From an uncultured Acidobacteriota bacterium (GTDB lineage: Bacteria; Acidobacteriota; UBA6911), in NCBI GenBank assembly GCA_963827655.1, contig CAWHCF010000049.1:1-64000 (forward strand): a stretch of 64,000 bases of DNA, given 5' to 3'. Below the pieces are notes generated by a model. That model had not been told where the DNA came from, searched no databases, and saw nothing but the letters and a program-made list of their open reading frames with translations. Positions 1 to 8,894 of this stretch are shown here, piece after piece. Made by a program: the position numbers and the translations under genes. The number at the start of each line of letters is the position of its first letter. Position 1 is the stretch's first letter.

Positions 1-214
1 GAGATAAGAAATTCGGCCGATCTGCGAGGGCGCGCAGTTCTGTGGTTGGAGAGCGGAAACGATCGCGTTCTCAGCCGAGCCCAATGGTGTGTGAATGCAG
101 TCCTACACAGGCATCGAGGCCGATGATCGAGCGGTGGCTGGACGGCAATGGCAGGTGAGCGCACCCGGCCCGCCGTGAGGCAGCTCAGTATCCGGTGCAG
201 AGTATCGCGTGAAC

Positions 215-357
215 TCAGGCCGCTCGACGGTAGTAGTACCGCAGCATGCCGCCGAGTCGCTCGCGGCACGCGATCTCGCCGGTAGTGCAGCCGCACTTCG
301 TCGCCCGCTTCGAATCAGCCGGTTGTCGAGCCCCTGGTGGTTTCGCTCTTCGTGATA
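215..357 (-). pseudogene. 3' fragment of the integrase-core transposase (YHEERNHQGLDNRLI...CRERLGGMLRYYYRRAA*)
   Basis: Typical C-terminal motifs; directly continues ...REFLIH from 3010; two extra single bases shift the frame. Confidence 0.85.
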
Positions 358-839
358 GAAGTCCGCAACACAATACCCCCAAATACGAAGTCCGCGAAGT
401 GCACTATCCCTGGCACCCGCTCTTCGGTCGACGAGTTCATGTTCACGGAGTCCTCCACAAACTCGGCCGGGATCTTTGTCGGTGTTGGCTGCCTGGGCAG
501 GAGGACCGGATTGGTTTCCAGGTGCCGGCATGGATGCTTGATCGAGCGCATTGTGCCCTCATGATCCTCCGAACCGGACCTGCGACAAACCTGCAGGCCC
601 TGCTTGAACTGAGACAGCTCTGCAACAAAATCGTTTTCCCTTCGGTTGTGACGCCAACCGAGCTGCGGCAAGCTACCCCCATTACCAATGGAGGGAATGT
701 CGATGCCAAAGCTCAGCGTCGCCCACGAACTGGCACAGCCCAGCTTGTTCGAATCAGCCCCAAAGCACCCTCGGTGGGAGGACTTACCGATGGACGTTCG
801 CCGGCGAGTCACCCGCCTTCTCTCGGCAACTGCTGTTAA
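357..839 (+). CDS. Small accessory protein of recombinase element (YPWHP...VPAWMLD motif, Y4bD/Y4pK- or DUF5372-like); start codon uncertain in integrated state
   Basis: EVHYPWHPLFGRRVHV and VPAWMLD motifs resemble ORFs found upstream of y4bA-type recombinases. The listed ATG at 246 lies outside the element. Confidence 0.6.
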   Translation, partial: RSPQHNTPKYEVREVHYPWHPLFGRRVHVHGVLHKLGRDLCRCWLPGQEDRIGFQVPAWMLDRAHCALMILRTGPATNLQALLELRQLCNKIVFPSVVTPTELRQATPITNGGNVDAKAQRRPRTGTAQLVRISPKAPSVGGLTDGRSPASHPPSLGNCC

Positions 840-891
840 ACAGGGGCGCCCAGTCACGTCTGTCCAGCGAAGCCGAAGGAGGAAACGATGA
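697..891 (+). CDS. Small hypothetical protein translationally coupled to recombinase
   Basis: GGAGGG RBS at about 690; QPSLF...PRWEDLP motif; ATGA overlap with recombinase start. Confidence 0.6.
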   Translation: MSMPKLSVAHELAQPSLFESAPKHPRWEDLPMDVRRRVTRLLSATAVKQGRPVTSVQRSRRRKR

Positions 892-2984
892 ATGAGAAGA
901 TCACGGACCGGCACTTACAGCGAAAGGCCATGTTGTACATCCGTCAGTCCTCGCCACATCAAGTCGCACACCACCAGGAAGGTCGTCGTCTGCAGTACGC
1001 AATGAGAGAGCGATTGCAGCAGTTGGGTTGGTCGGAGATCGAAGTCATCGATGAGGACCTCGGTCGCTCCGCTTCCGGGAGTGTCGAACGGACGGGCTTC
1101 GAGCGGATGGTGGCCGAAGTCTCTCTGGACCGGGTGGGTGCGGTTGCAGCCCGCGAGGTCTCACGTTTCGCCCGCAACAGTCGGGATTGGCAACAACTGG
1201 TAGAGGTGTGTCGAGTGGTGGATACGTTACTCGTCGATCAAGACGCAATCTATGACCCACGCCGAAGTAATGACCGCCTCCTTTTGGGTTTGAAAGGCAG
1301 CCTCAACGAGTATGAGCTGGATCTGCTTCGACATCGGGCGCAGGAGGCACGACGAGAAAAGGCACTGCGCGGAGAACTCATCGTAGTGCCGCCTGTGGGA
1401 TACGTGCAGGGTGAGGAAGGCGTCTATGAGAAAGATCCGGATCGGCGGGTTCAGCAGGCGATCCGGCAGGTCTTCGAGAAGTTCCTGGAACTGGGTTCCG
1501 TTCGGCAAGTGCTCTTCTGGTTTGTCGAGAACGATCTGCAGCTCCCGACACAACACTACGGGATCAAGGGTTGGCAGATCCGGTGGCGCCGACCAAACTA
1601 CGCAGCGGTGTATCGTGTGTTGACGCATCCCATCTATGCCGGGGCCTATGTCTACGGCATGACACAAACGCAGACGGTTTGGGACCACGGAAGACCTCGC
1701 AAGATCACGCGCTTCCGGCCCCGAGAGAAATGGCTTTCCTTGCTCCCAGACCGACATGAGGGTTATCTTGGCTGGGAGCAATTCCAGGGGATTCAGCAAA
1801 TGATCGCGGACAATGCGAATTGGCCCAAGGGAGAGAGTTGCGGCGCCGTGAAGGGGGGTGCCGCGCTGCTTGCAGGAATACTCCGGTGCCGCCGCTGTGG
1901 CAGAAAGCTGACCGTACACTACACAGGCCGCGAAGAAAATGTGATGCGCTACAACTGCTGCCGTGGCGCGCTGGACAATGGAGTGTCGCGCTGCATCAAC
2001 TTCGGCGGTGCCTTGGTCGATCAAGCGGTCGAGCGCGAAATCCTGAGGGTAATCCGGCCGGCGGCAGTCGAGGCCGCTCTGGAGGCAGCCCGGAACCAGA
2101 CGCAGGAACAGGGCCAGGTGCTGGCGGCACTGCAACTGGAGCTTCAGGCCGCTCGATACACAGCCGAACGGGCAGAGAAACAGTATGACTCAAGTGATCC
2201 TCAAAACCGCCTCGTCGCCGATGAACTGGAGCGGCGCTGGAACCGCGCACTGGAGCGGGTGGCAGAACTGGAACGTCGATTCGAGCAGGAGCAGAAACGA
2301 CGGCAACCACCCTGCTCGCTTGCAGCAGAGGAATTTGAGTCATTGGCTGGAGAGTTGGAGAGGATCTGGAACCATCCGGACACAGATGCTCGGCTGAAGA
2401 AGCGCATCGTACGAACTCTGATCGAAGAGGTTTTAGTGGATGTCCGTGCGGAGGCGGGCGAGATCCTGGTGACGATTCATTGGAAGGGAGGGGTTCATTC
2501 GGAACTCCGAGTGCCGCGGCGACGTCGCGGGCAGAACCGCTTACACACGGCATCGTCCACAGTGGAAGCAGTGCGGTTTCTGACGCGGATACTGTCCGAC
2601 GAGCAGATCGCCGCGTACCTCAATCGCAACGATCTACGCACCGGCAAGGGGAATCGTTGGACAGAGTCAGCAGTCGCCTCGTTGCGCAAGAAACGCAACC
2701 TGCCCAAGTACTCGGCCGAGTGCCGACAGGCGGAGGGTTGGATGACTCTCACGCAAGCCGCCTCGTTTCTCAGTATCAGTACAACCTCCCTGCGCCTGGC
2801 GGTCGAACGTCACGAGATCGAAGCCATCCATCCGCTTCCGGATGGACCATGGATCTTTCAGCGTGAAGACCTCCAACACTCCACGGCAAAGCAGCTGGTC
2901 GAGCGCATTCAACAACGACGACGAGAGGGCACTGAACCAGATTCTCGGCAGCTCCCTCTTGGCATACTCAACAACATAGCGTGA
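888..2984 (+). CDS. Large serine recombinase (resolvase + recombinase + Zn ribbon + C-terminal HTH), y4bA-like
   Basis: YIRQSS catalytic Ser, EDLGRSASG, SRFARN, CRRCG zinc ribbon, coiled coil, WMTLTQAA HTH. Confidence 0.95.
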   Translation: MNEKITDRHLQRKAMLYIRQSSPHQVAHHQEGRRLQYAMRERLQQLGWSEIEVIDEDLGRSASGSVERTGFERMVAEVSLDRVGAVAAREVSRFARNSRDWQQLVEVCRVVDTLLVDQDAIYDPRRSNDRLLLGLKGSLNEYELDLLRHRAQEARREKALRGELIVVPPVGYVQGEEGVYEKDPDRRVQQAIRQVFEKFLELGSVRQVLFWFVENDLQLPTQHYGIKGWQIRWRRPNYAAVYRVLTHPIYAGAYVYGMTQTQTVWDHGRPRKITRFRPREKWLSLLPDRHEGYLGWEQFQGIQQMIADNANWPKGESCGAVKGGAALLAGILRCRRCGRKLTVHYTGREENVMRYNCCRGALDNGVSRCINFGGALVDQAVEREILRVIRPAAVEAALEAARNQTQEQGQVLAALQLELQAARYTAERAEKQYDSSDPQNRLVADELERRWNRALERVAELERRFEQEQKRRQPPCSLAAEEFESLAGELERIWNHPDTDARLKKRIVRTLIEEVLVDVRAEAGEILVTIHWKGGVHSELRVPRRRRGQNRLHTASSTVEAVRFLTRILSDEQIAAYLNRNDLRTGKGNRWTESAVASLRKKRNLPKYSAECRQAEGWMTLTQAASFLSISTTSLRLAVERHEIEAIHPLPDGPWIFQREDLQHSTAKQLVERIQQRRREGTEPDSRQLPLGILNNIA

Positions 2985-3006
2985 GGTGGCATTATGAAGC
3001 GCAGCT

Positions 3007-3978
3007 CTAATGGATGAGGAATTCACGAACGGCGTTCCGCAGAGCCATTTCCCCGAAGAAAACCATTCGGTGCAAGCATTCGTCCTTCACCGTCCGCATG
3101 AACCGTTCGATATGTGGATTCAGATCTGGTGAGCGCGGCGGCAACCGCACAGCCTGTACGCCGGCTTGCTCGAGGATTGACCGGAACGCGTCGGAGAACT
3201 TCGTGTCGCGATCCATCAGCAGGTACTTCTTGCCACGCAGGAATCCATCATCGGCGTCGCTGAGATTGCGCGCGACCTGGAGCATCCAGAGATCGTGAGG
3301 ATTCGCGGTGCACCCGGCAAAGTGCACCCGCCGCGTCGCCAACTCCATGACAAAGAGCAGGTAGAACGTGACTAGCCCGCCCTTTGTCCAGACCTCGATC
3401 GTCGTGAAATCGACGGAGGCCAGGACATCCCAATGGGCCCGGATGAAGCTCTTCCATGTCGACTGGCGCTTTCGATCCGGCGCCGGATCGACGCCATGGG
3501 CCTTTAGAATGCTACCGACCGTGGTGTCGGAGATCTCATGGCCAAGATTAGCCAGCGCGCCCTGGATGCGGTCGTAACCCCAGGTTGGGTTCTCACGGGC
3601 CATGCGCAGTATGAGTTCAACAATCTCGTCTGGAGTGGGCGGCCGCCCGATCTTGTTGCGTCGCCCACTGTAGTTCCATTTGGCAGCCACCAATTCCCGA
3701 TGCCAGCGCAGGATCGTATCCGGAGTTACGATAGTGGCAACCTCTTGCAGCATCTTCCGGCCGAGGATCTTGCCTTTGACTGCCAGACGGCGCCGCTGGT
3801 CATCGTCGAGCAGGATGCGTTTTTTGCCGAGCTTCTCTTTGAGGATCTGGTTTTCCGTGCGCAGGTACTCGATAGCATCCTGCTGCCGGTGATTGATCCA
3901 GCCGGCCAGAATCAGAAGCAACAAATGCCAGGGCTCTAGAAAGGACTTCATATCTCTCCGAATGCCGTGTGAAAACAT
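3007..3978 (-). pseudogene. Integrase-core transposase, 5' part (interrupted)
   Basis: ENPTWGYDRIQG, VDFTT, MDRDTKF, PPRSPDLNPHIERF motifs; premature TAG created by the insertion junction. Confidence 0.9.
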
Positions 3979-4173
3979 GCAGCATCCGGGATCGGTGGGT
4001 GCCTGTCAACCCGTCCGAACAGGGATCGGATGGGTTATGGCAAGATTTGTGGCTTCAGCCACTTGCTGCTCGGCTGAGTTTTTTGACCCTACGGGTATCG
4101 AAGGTCACCCCTTGAGTGTCTCCGCCACGGGGCCGAACGTCAGCGCATTCGCCAGGCGTGCGGCGCGGTATTT

Positions 4174-4440
4174 TCTAGCCACCCCCGGCACAGAGCGTGT
4201 CTTCCGGAACGTCGGTTAGACTCTCGAAGGACAGGTCGTATCCGTCCGGGTCCGAGACCTGGGTGACCCACATGCCGTCCCCAACGAAGGGTCGTTTGGC
4301 GGAAAGGCCGCGCGCTACAAAGTCGCACCATAGGGCCACAGCGTCTTTGCAGATGAAATTGATCGACTACCTATGCCCACCTTCACGTCGGGCAGGTTGC
4401 GGTGAGGTCCCTCCTTCCAGAACTCCTGCAACATGATTTC
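4174..4440 (-). pseudogene. VOC/glyoxalase family protein, 3' fragment, frameshifted
   Basis: MLQEFWKEG...KVG, then RPFVGDGMWVTQVSDPDGYDLSFES in another frame. Confidence 0.65.
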
Positions 4441-4635
4441 GGCAACTCGACCCATCAGTTTGTCGTAGTTCACGCCGTCGAAAAACCTCTCCAGGTCCAG
4501 ATCCACCACCCAGCGGTATCCTTCAGCGATATACTGCTGCGCTTTCCGGACCGCCTGATGCGCTGAGCGCCCAGGGCGAAATCCGTGGCTGTGTTCAGAA
4601 AACGTCCGGTCCCATCGGCTCTGCAGTACCTGCAT
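4441..4635 (-). pseudogene. Group II intron reverse transcriptase internal fragment
   Basis: QVLQ..WD.TFSEHSHGFRPGRSAHQAV...WVVDLDLERFFD.VN.DKLM; no YADD region, no intron ends seen. Confidence 0.9.
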
Positions 4636-4720
4636 CGACCGGAGGTGATGGTCGGCAAGCGACGGGCGGGCGTCCCAAAGGTAGCGACGGCGAGGCGTGA
4701 GCCGACGTCTGAGGCGGACT

Positions 4721-5422
4721 TCATCCATGGAGCGTAACTTTGCCGGTCGCCAGATCGTAGATACCGGATTCGACCCGGAGCTTGGCTGCTTTCAAAGCGT
4801 CGCGAACTACAGTCGAGGATGTGCGCAACAAATTGGCCTGAAACTTGGCGTTGTTTGAAATCGCTTTCCCGAGGTCGCCGCCGGAGTGTTCAACCGAGGA
4901 CTGGATATGCTGGTAAAGCGCGCTGATTTGACCAGGAACGGCGTCGGCCTTCATGGCAGCTTTTACGGCTCCGCAGCCCGTGTGACCGAGCACGAGGAGA
5001 ACCTTGACGCCGAGGGCGACGACGGCGTATTCGAGACTCGCAATGATTTCCGGCGTGACGATATTGCCGGCGACGCGAGTGACAAAGATGTGACCGATGG
5101 TCTGATCAAAAACGAGTTCGATGGGAACGCGCGAGTCGGCACAGGCGAGGACGGCGGCAAAGGGCTCCTGCTTCTCGACTGTGTTTTCCTTGAGAATCCT
5201 TAGGTCGTGCTCGATGGAGGTGAGTTGATTGTTGTCAAAGCGCTCGTTGCCCGTCATGAGTGCACGAAGCGCTGCGTCGGGAGTCAACGGTGTTTGAGCC
5301 AGGAGGGGCCGAGGCAGGGCTACCTCGATTCCGGCCACGGCAGCGCCAGCTACCGCACCTGAGAGCACATTCCTGAGAAACTGTCTTCTAGCGATCGGAT
5401 TGGTGATGGTCTGCTCTGGCAT
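4721..5422 (-). CDS. Beta-class carbonic anhydrase with Tat signal peptide
   Basis: CADSRV and HTGCGA Zn ligands; RRQFL twin-arginine motif; AAAGGAG RBS. Confidence 0.93.
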   Translation of the reverse strand: MPEQTITNPIARRQFLRNVLSGAVAGAAVAGIEVALPRPLLAQTPLTPDAALRALMTGNERFDNNQLTSIEHDLRILKENTVEKQEPFAAVLACADSRVPIELVFDQTIGHIFVTRVAGNIVTPEIIASLEYAVVALGVKVLLVLGHTGCGAVKAAMKADAVPGQISALYQHIQSSVEHSGGDLGKAISNNAKFQANLLRTSSTVVRDALKAAKLRVESGIYDLATGKVTLHG

Positions 5423-5472
5423 GGGCTGACTCCTTTCAGCTGAGAATTTGGAGCTACCGCGTAGACTGCTGC

Positions 5473-5541
5473 GCCTAACGATCTCGCTTCAGCCGCCCAC
5501 CGCTGCTTTTGGCGGTGGGTCGGCTGCAAGCGGTGTTCAAG
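5473..5541 (-). other. attC-like integron recombination site
   Basis: Minus strand CTTGAAC...cgcttGcagccgAcccaccgc / gcggtgggcggctgaagcg...GTTAGGC: long stem with two bulged bases and a GTTRRRY core. Confidence 0.7.
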
Positions 5542-5648
5542 TAAGCCGCTGGCGCGGCAGATGGGAGAGTGCGACGGTGCCGCTATGACCTGACCCTGGG
5601 GGAAGCGGATACTTCTCACACATTCAACTCACTGTGAGGAGGCATCCC

Positions 5649-6267
5649 ATGACCCCATTGCGTCAACAGATGATGGCCGCACTCGAACTCAACGGCAAGA
5701 GTCCCGCCACCGTCGAAGCCTATGTCCGCGAAGTCGCCCTGGTCGCCAAGTTCTACCGCAAGCGTCCCGATCTGATCTCCGAAGAAGAACTCGTCCGCTA
5801 TCTGCTCCACCGCAAGAATGTCAACAAGCTCGCTCCCACTTCCATGCGTATCTGCTATAGCGGCCTCCGCTTCTTCTATCAGCGCGTCTTGGCCCGCGAG
5901 TGGAAGATCTTCGCTCTCTTGCGCGCCCGCCGCGAACTCCGCCGCCCTTGTGTGTTAAGCCGCGCCGAGGTGCACCGGATCCTGAAAGCCGCCTACCCCT
6001 TTCACAACCAGGTCTATTTCACCACCGTCTACAGTTGCGGTCTACGCCTGCATGAGGCCCTGCATCTGGAAATCGGTGATATCGATAGCCAGCGCGGACG
6101 CTGCACGTCCATCGTGGCAAGGGCGCACGCGACCGCGTCTTGCCCCTGCCCGTGCAAACCCTGCTCCTGCTCCGCCAGTACTGGAAATCGCATCGTCATC
6201 CCCGCCTGCTGTTTCCCGCCACCGGCCAGAATCACCAGCGAGCGTCCACCACCGCCGCTCCCATGAG
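5649..6267 (+). pseudogene. Tyrosine recombinase (SAM-like N-domain; type usually paired with IS91-like transposase), frameshifted and truncated by IS1
   Basis: MTPLRQQM...YSCGLRLHEAL, then (G)KG.RDR.LPL in a shifted frame; stops at the IS1 inverted repeat before the HxLRH/Y motifs. Confidence 0.85.
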
Positions 6268-7453
6268 CGTGCTTCCGTCATCAATTGTTGCTATGCTGCC
6301 AGAGGCATCCGCGTTTCATCGACACCGACCAAGACCCTCGATTGTCCGAACTTGACTTTCTCCGACAACCAAAGAAGTATCGCCGGCGGGAAGATCTCCC
6401 TTAACGTCAGCCGTCGGGTAGTCAGCCCAGCCTGGATCGCCGGCGTCCTAACCTCGTCACCGAATTTCAATGCCCTGTGAGGCCTCACGAAGTTGTAGTA
6501 GCAGCGAAGCAGCTCCAGGTGATCTTCTAGACGCTCCTTCCATCGCGCGTGGCAGATCGTCCGCCGAAAAAGATAGGCCGAGCCCTGTCGGATCGTGAGG
6601 TTCAGCCGCTCGACGAAAGAAGTGTTCAGTTTCGAGGAGTCTTCGGAGTCGCGCAGCGTCTCTTCGAATCGCGACGTGTCGCCGATCAGCGTTCTTCGCT
6701 CGACCTTGATGATGCGATCGTTCCTACGGGTCTTGATCACCTGGCCGTATAGACACGCTGGCCCCAAAATGCGACGGACAACTCTCTTGTAGAACTCGAA
6801 TCCGTCAGTGGCGATCAGGGGGACACGTTCAAGATTCATTCGGCTGGCTACGTCTTGAAAGAGAGCGAGCGTGTTTCGGTAGCTTCGTCTCCCTACGACG
6901 GTCGCAGGCCAAAGCCGAGACCAGACGTCAATCGTGGTGAAGATCCAGATCGGGTGTTTCTTGCTGCCGACGATCGTCCGAATCTCGTCAGCCTGAAGCT
7001 CTGCGACTGCGAGAGTTGCTATTCTTCGATCGTTGAACCGACGACACGAATGGGCTGCCTTTTCGAGCCATCGAGCGACGGTATTCCAGGCGATCTGCTT
7101 TACCCGTGCGATTGCAGACTTGTTCAGGCCCTCGACGCTGAGTGCGGCGACTTCGTCGAAGGTCGCGCGACGATGTTGGAGTCGATGGTAAGGTGTGCCG
7201 GTGTTCGCGCAGAATGTCTTCCCGCAACTCCGGCACCTGTATCGACGACGCTTCCCTGAGTTGGTGTTGTAGAAGCCGTAGCGAATGATGCTTCCGGGCA
7301 CTCGCCAGCGGGCACGGCTTGTTTGGACAGCTGAGACTCTTCATTACGGCTGGACCCTGTCGATGCTGGAACTGATCGTTTCAATTTGAGTCTTAAATGA
7401 TACTATGGACGGGCGTTACGATCGAGCTACCAACAGTCGATGGCGGAAGCACC
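6268..7453 (-). mobile_element. IS1-family insertion sequence with 23-bp terminal inverted repeats
   Basis: cgtgcttccgtcatcaattgttg (6268-6290) vs reverse complement of 7431-7453 ggtgcttccgccatcgactgttg, 19/23; no target duplication. Confidence 0.8.
6291..7301 (-). CDS. IS1-family transposase
   Basis: RYRCRSCGKTF Zn ribbon, HTH, ELQADE, TDG, NTSFVERLNLTIRQ, YNFVRPH. Confidence 0.9.
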   Translation of the reverse strand: MPGSIIRYGFYNTNSGKRRRYRCRSCGKTFCANTGTPYHRLQHRRATFDEVAALSVEGLNKSAIARVKQIAWNTVARWLEKAAHSCRRFNDRRIATLAVAELQADEIRTIVGSKKHPIWIFTTIDVWSRLWPATVVGRRSYRNTLALFQDVASRMNLERVPLIATDGFEFYKRVVRRILGPACLYGQVIKTRRNDRIIKVERRTLIGDTSRFEETLRDSEDSSKLNTSFVERLNLTIRQGSAYLFRRTICHARWKERLEDHLELLRCYYNFVRPHRALKFGDEVRTPAIQAGLTTRRLTLREIFPPAILLWLSEKVKFGQSRVLVGVDETRMPLAA

Positions 7454-7977
7454 AAAAAGCGCACTTTTGTGAGACGCCCGAAGTGCGACGTTGCTGCATG
7501 GAGTGCCAGGAAGGAGCCAGCGAGTGCTACCGGATCGAGAAGTGTCAAGAAACTCAGCCGATCTGGACTGACGAGCAGGTTGGGTGTTTGGGATGCGGAA
7601 TGGGCCGGGGTCTCGGTTGGTTGAGTCGAACGGCATCTTCAGGAGAGAGGTCGTTGGTTTTTCGTCAGTCGGGATGGCGAAACATCAAAGCCTGACCCGC
7701 GGGTGCTGGTGCCACGATAGGCCGAAGAATGGCGCCGTTATGATAAGAGTCATCACTTCACCCGCTTGCGGCTCGGCTGCGTCTCTTAACCCGATGCCTT
7801 CAGGCTGCGCTGAACCTGCGACAGGTCATGGCAATGGAGAGTTCGAGCAATATTGGAGAGCTATCGCCTAAACCGCAACTTTGGCGTTGCACCCATACCC
7901 CTACCACCCTTTGCGTTTCTTTGCGTCTTCGTGTCATAGTGGTTATCGCTAAACAAAACGTAGAACGGGAGGTCACC

Positions 7978-8841
7978 ATGAAGCGAATGCTTTGGTTGGC
8001 GGCGGCGCTCGGCGTCGCGATAGCTGCCGTGGGGGCGGACAGCGTGAAGGAGCTCTCCAAGGCGCTTACGTTCCACTCTTCCTTCGACAAGGGCATCGAT
8101 GCCGACTTCGCGCTTGGCGACCGGCGCCTCCACACGGCGACCTCCTACCAGAAGCGAGAGGACGCGCGGCCAGGTCTTGGCAATCCGGATGTTGCGCTCG
8201 CGCCGGGAAGGGGGCGCTTCGGCGGCGCGCTCGAGTTCAAGAAGAAGAACCAGAAGGCGATCTACTATCCGGGCGAGAAGAACGTGGCCTACCAGCCCGG
8301 CGGCTGGAATGGAAGCGTCTCGTTCTGGCTCAGCCTCGATCCCGAAACAGACCTCGAGCCCGGGTTCTGCGATCCGATCCAGGTCACCGACGCCGACTAC
8401 AACGACGGCGCTATCTGGGTCGATTTCAGCAGAGACGAGAAGCCCAGACTCTTCCGGCTCGGCGTCTTCGGAGATCTCAAAGCCTGGAACCCCCAGAACA
8501 TTCCCCCCGACAAGAATCCCGATTTCAAGAGCCGTCTCGTGCCCGTAGAGCGGCCCCCCTTCGGCAAAGGCAAATGGACGCATATCGCAATCACCTGGTC
8601 CAGCCTCGGCAGCGGCAAGGGCGTCGCGAAGCTCTATCTCGACGGGAAGGCCCGCGGGGCTGCGGACGGGATTCGCGAGCCCTTCACGGTCGATATCGCG
8701 CGCAACGCGATCCGGCTCGGGGTCAACTACGTCGGACTCTTTGATGAAGTCGCCGTGTTTAATCGCGCCTTGACCGACGCGGAGATCGAAGCGCTCAACC
8801 GGCTCGACAAAGGGGCTGCCACACTCCACGGCGGCAAATAG
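7978..8841 (+). CDS. Secreted LamG-like jellyroll domain protein
   Basis: Signal peptide; WTHIAITW, LYLDG, FDEVAVFNRALT motifs; GGAGG RBS. Confidence 0.8.
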   Translation: MKRMLWLAAALGVAIAAVGADSVKELSKALTFHSSFDKGIDADFALGDRRLHTATSYQKREDARPGLGNPDVALAPGRGRFGGALEFKKKNQKAIYYPGEKNVAYQPGGWNGSVSFWLSLDPETDLEPGFCDPIQVTDADYNDGAIWVDFSRDEKPRLFRLGVFGDLKAWNPQNIPPDKNPDFKSRLVPVERPPFGKGKWTHIAITWSSLGSGKGVAKLYLDGKARGAADGIREPFTVDIARNAIRLGVNYVGLFDEVAVFNRALTDAEIEALNRLDKGAATLHGGK

Positions 8842-8894
8842 CGCTGCGAACCAAATACCACCAGGATGCAAAGACACGAAGAAACACCAGGACG

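Larger units (their letters stand above)
356..3009 (+). mobile_element. 2.65-kb large serine recombinase mobile element flanked by duplicated TA
   Basis: Removing 358-3009 restores transposase codons atc cat tat cac gaa (IHYHE). Ends are imperfect inverted repeats (15/22). Confidence 0.9.
1..4095 (-). mobile_element. Insertion sequence with integrase-core (DDE, IS481/IS3-like) transposase, interrupted by a serine-recombinase element; left end at window edge
   Basis: Transposase halves at 3007-3978 and 215-357. Imperfect inverted ends: gataagaaattcggccga (3-20) vs reverse complement of tcggctgagttttttgac (4070-4087), 13/18 match. Confidence 0.7.

Noticed and set aside
246-356. ATG at 246 as start of the 197-aa ORF
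   Set aside because: It lies outside the element, antisense to the host transposase tail; the open frame is fortuitous.
5649-6267. Integron integrase IntI
   Set aside because: Truncated before the IntI-specific insertion, and the N-terminus looks like IS91-linked integrases; cannot be supported.
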